Source: an uncultured Gammaproteobacteria bacterium
Lineage (GTDB): Bacteria; Pseudomonadota; Gammaproteobacteria; SZUA-229
Direction: 5' to 3'
DNA length: 42,369 nt
Assembly: GCA_965368175.1 (NCBI GenBank)
Contig: CBDULX010000003.1
Span: 1 to 42,369, forward strand
Every line of letters begins with the position of its first letter. Position 1 is the stretch's first letter. Below the pieces are notes generated by a model that searched no databases, was not told the origin of the DNA, and worked only from the letters and a program-made list of their open reading frames with translations. The position numbers and the translations under genes are program-made. This document shows, in pieces, positions 41,215 to 42,369 of the stretch.

Positions 41215-42369
41215 ATGTTGAAGTCCATTAAGAGCATATTGTTCACGGTTTTGTTTTTTTACGCATTTGCAGCCAGTGCGAACTCATTCACACTGGTGCC
41301 TATATCAGATCCACCAGAACCACAAGAACCACCTCCGGTTCCCTCTGCCTTTGGCACTGTTGAAGGTACAGCAGGACTGGATTTCGAAATTCTTACGGGT
41401 GGCAATATTACAGTAAACGCGGGAGCTTTTACTGCGTCTGGGACTGTAGACAGTAACGGGAATTTTTCCCTTCCTGTTAGTGTTGATGACCCATTCTCTA
41501 TTAACGTAAACCTGGTTTTTAATGATTTTCTTCCCAATGTAAGGGTGAGTATGGAAAATAATACTCAACTTACTCAGGATGAAGTACGACCCTTTGATCT
41601 GACCCATCCATCCGGTCGCTTGCTCACCAGAGTCACTTTACTGAACGGCACACTTCAAAATATAAACGTATCGGCCAGTTCTTCAACCATAAACAACAAT
41701 GGCTTATCTCAATCTTTCACTGCTAATGGCAGTGCAAACCGCAACAATGATAAAGATCCAGAAATACTTTTCGCTATGCCATCGGCTATCATTACTACAC
41801 TGACAGGAACAATTGAGGCAACCAATAGCAATGGCTGTACAGTTAGTCGTGAGTTAGCTGAACAGAGCATTACTATTAATGATGCTTCTTTACCTGCTAA
41901 CACAGACCCGGAAACCCTGGAATGGACTGTTGATTTAAGCAACGACCCAACTACCTGCCCCACCGGCACGATTAGTGGCAATTTCAGCATCGATGGACTT
42001 GATGATATAGAAAACCTGTTTTCTCAACATCGACTGACATTCCAGGGGCCTGAAAGAACTAATATCAACATTAAAAATTCTAATACTGATCCTGTTTCTT
42101 TTCCTTATTTTTATACCACAGAACCTGTTTTAGAAGGTACTTATAAGACTATTGAAACCAGTATCTTCGTAAAACCATATAAGAGACTGAGTTTCCCCAG
42201 TACATCGATCGAAGTATTGGGCAACACAAATTTTGACCGCATACATGCTGTGGGTACATTGCATGGTAAAGTAAACTTAACAGGTGACTGGGACTATACG
42301 AATATTAGCGATGCGAGTGTTATTGCCTCCAGTTCCGAACCCGGTTCAACTGCAATTTCAATGCGTGCT
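41215..42369 (+). CDS. Large secreted beta-rich protein, N-terminal part (runs off the right edge)
   Basis: Not in the ORF track; open from ATG 41215 to the end: MLKSIKSILFTVLFFYAFAASA|NSFTLVPISDPPEPQEPPPVPSAFGTVEG...; signal peptide, Pro-rich linker, Thr/Ser/Asn-rich. Confidence 0.8.
   Translation, partial: MLKSIKSILFTVLFFYAFAASANSFTLVPISDPPEPQEPPPVPSAFGTVEGTAGLDFEILTGGNITVNAGAFTASGTVDSNGNFSLPVSVDDPFSINVNLVFNDFLPNVRVSMENNTQLTQDEVRPFDLTHPSGRLLTRVTLLNGTLQNINVSASSSTINNNGLSQSFTANGSANRNNDKDPEILFAMPSAIITTLTGTIEATNSNGCTVSRELAEQSITINDASLPANTDPETLEWTVDLSNDPTTCPTGTISGNFSIDGLDDIENLFSQHRLTFQGPERTNINIKNSNTDPVSFPYFYTTEPVLEGTYKTIETSIFVKPYKRLSFPSTSIEVLGNTNFDRIHAVGTLHGKVNLTGDWDYTNISDASVIASSSEPGSTAISMRA

Noticed and set aside
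41259-41990. Minus-strand ORFs in the track
   Set aside because: Antisense to the long plus-strand CDS from 41215.

Overview
Two unrelated DNAs appear to be joined at ~1263-1268. Bases 1-1262 are very GC-rich and look alphaproteobacterial (partial GT2 glycosyltransferase and a DMT transporter). The rest is moderate-GC gammaproteobacterial chromosome that begins in the middle of a membrane-fusion-protein gene. It carries an ABC exporter, hisD-hisG-murA, a reduced mla locus (mlaC and a divergent mlaD only), and the conserved yrbG-kdsD-kdsC-lptCAB-rpoN-hpf-ptsN-hprK-rapZ-EIIA-HPr-EI-mgtE block. Right after mgtE is an AT-rich, integrase-less integron cassette array (CALIN): an attI-like site, DUF1330, GNAT and M23-peptidase cassettes, with one intact, one decayed and one truncated attC. 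Further on are accessory genes: NifB/NifX-like, PAS-Zn protein, mscL, RND pump, hybrid histidine kinase, a channel with a non-canonical filter, deaD, ArsI/CadI-like VOC plus sigZ, and a large secreted protein cut by the window edge. Intergenic regions hold several small palindromic element types, including at least five IS5-like MITE ends or copies. No rRNA, tRNA, CRISPR array, integrase or transposase was recognised. All family and taxon calls come from motifs and gene order read by eye, not database searches.
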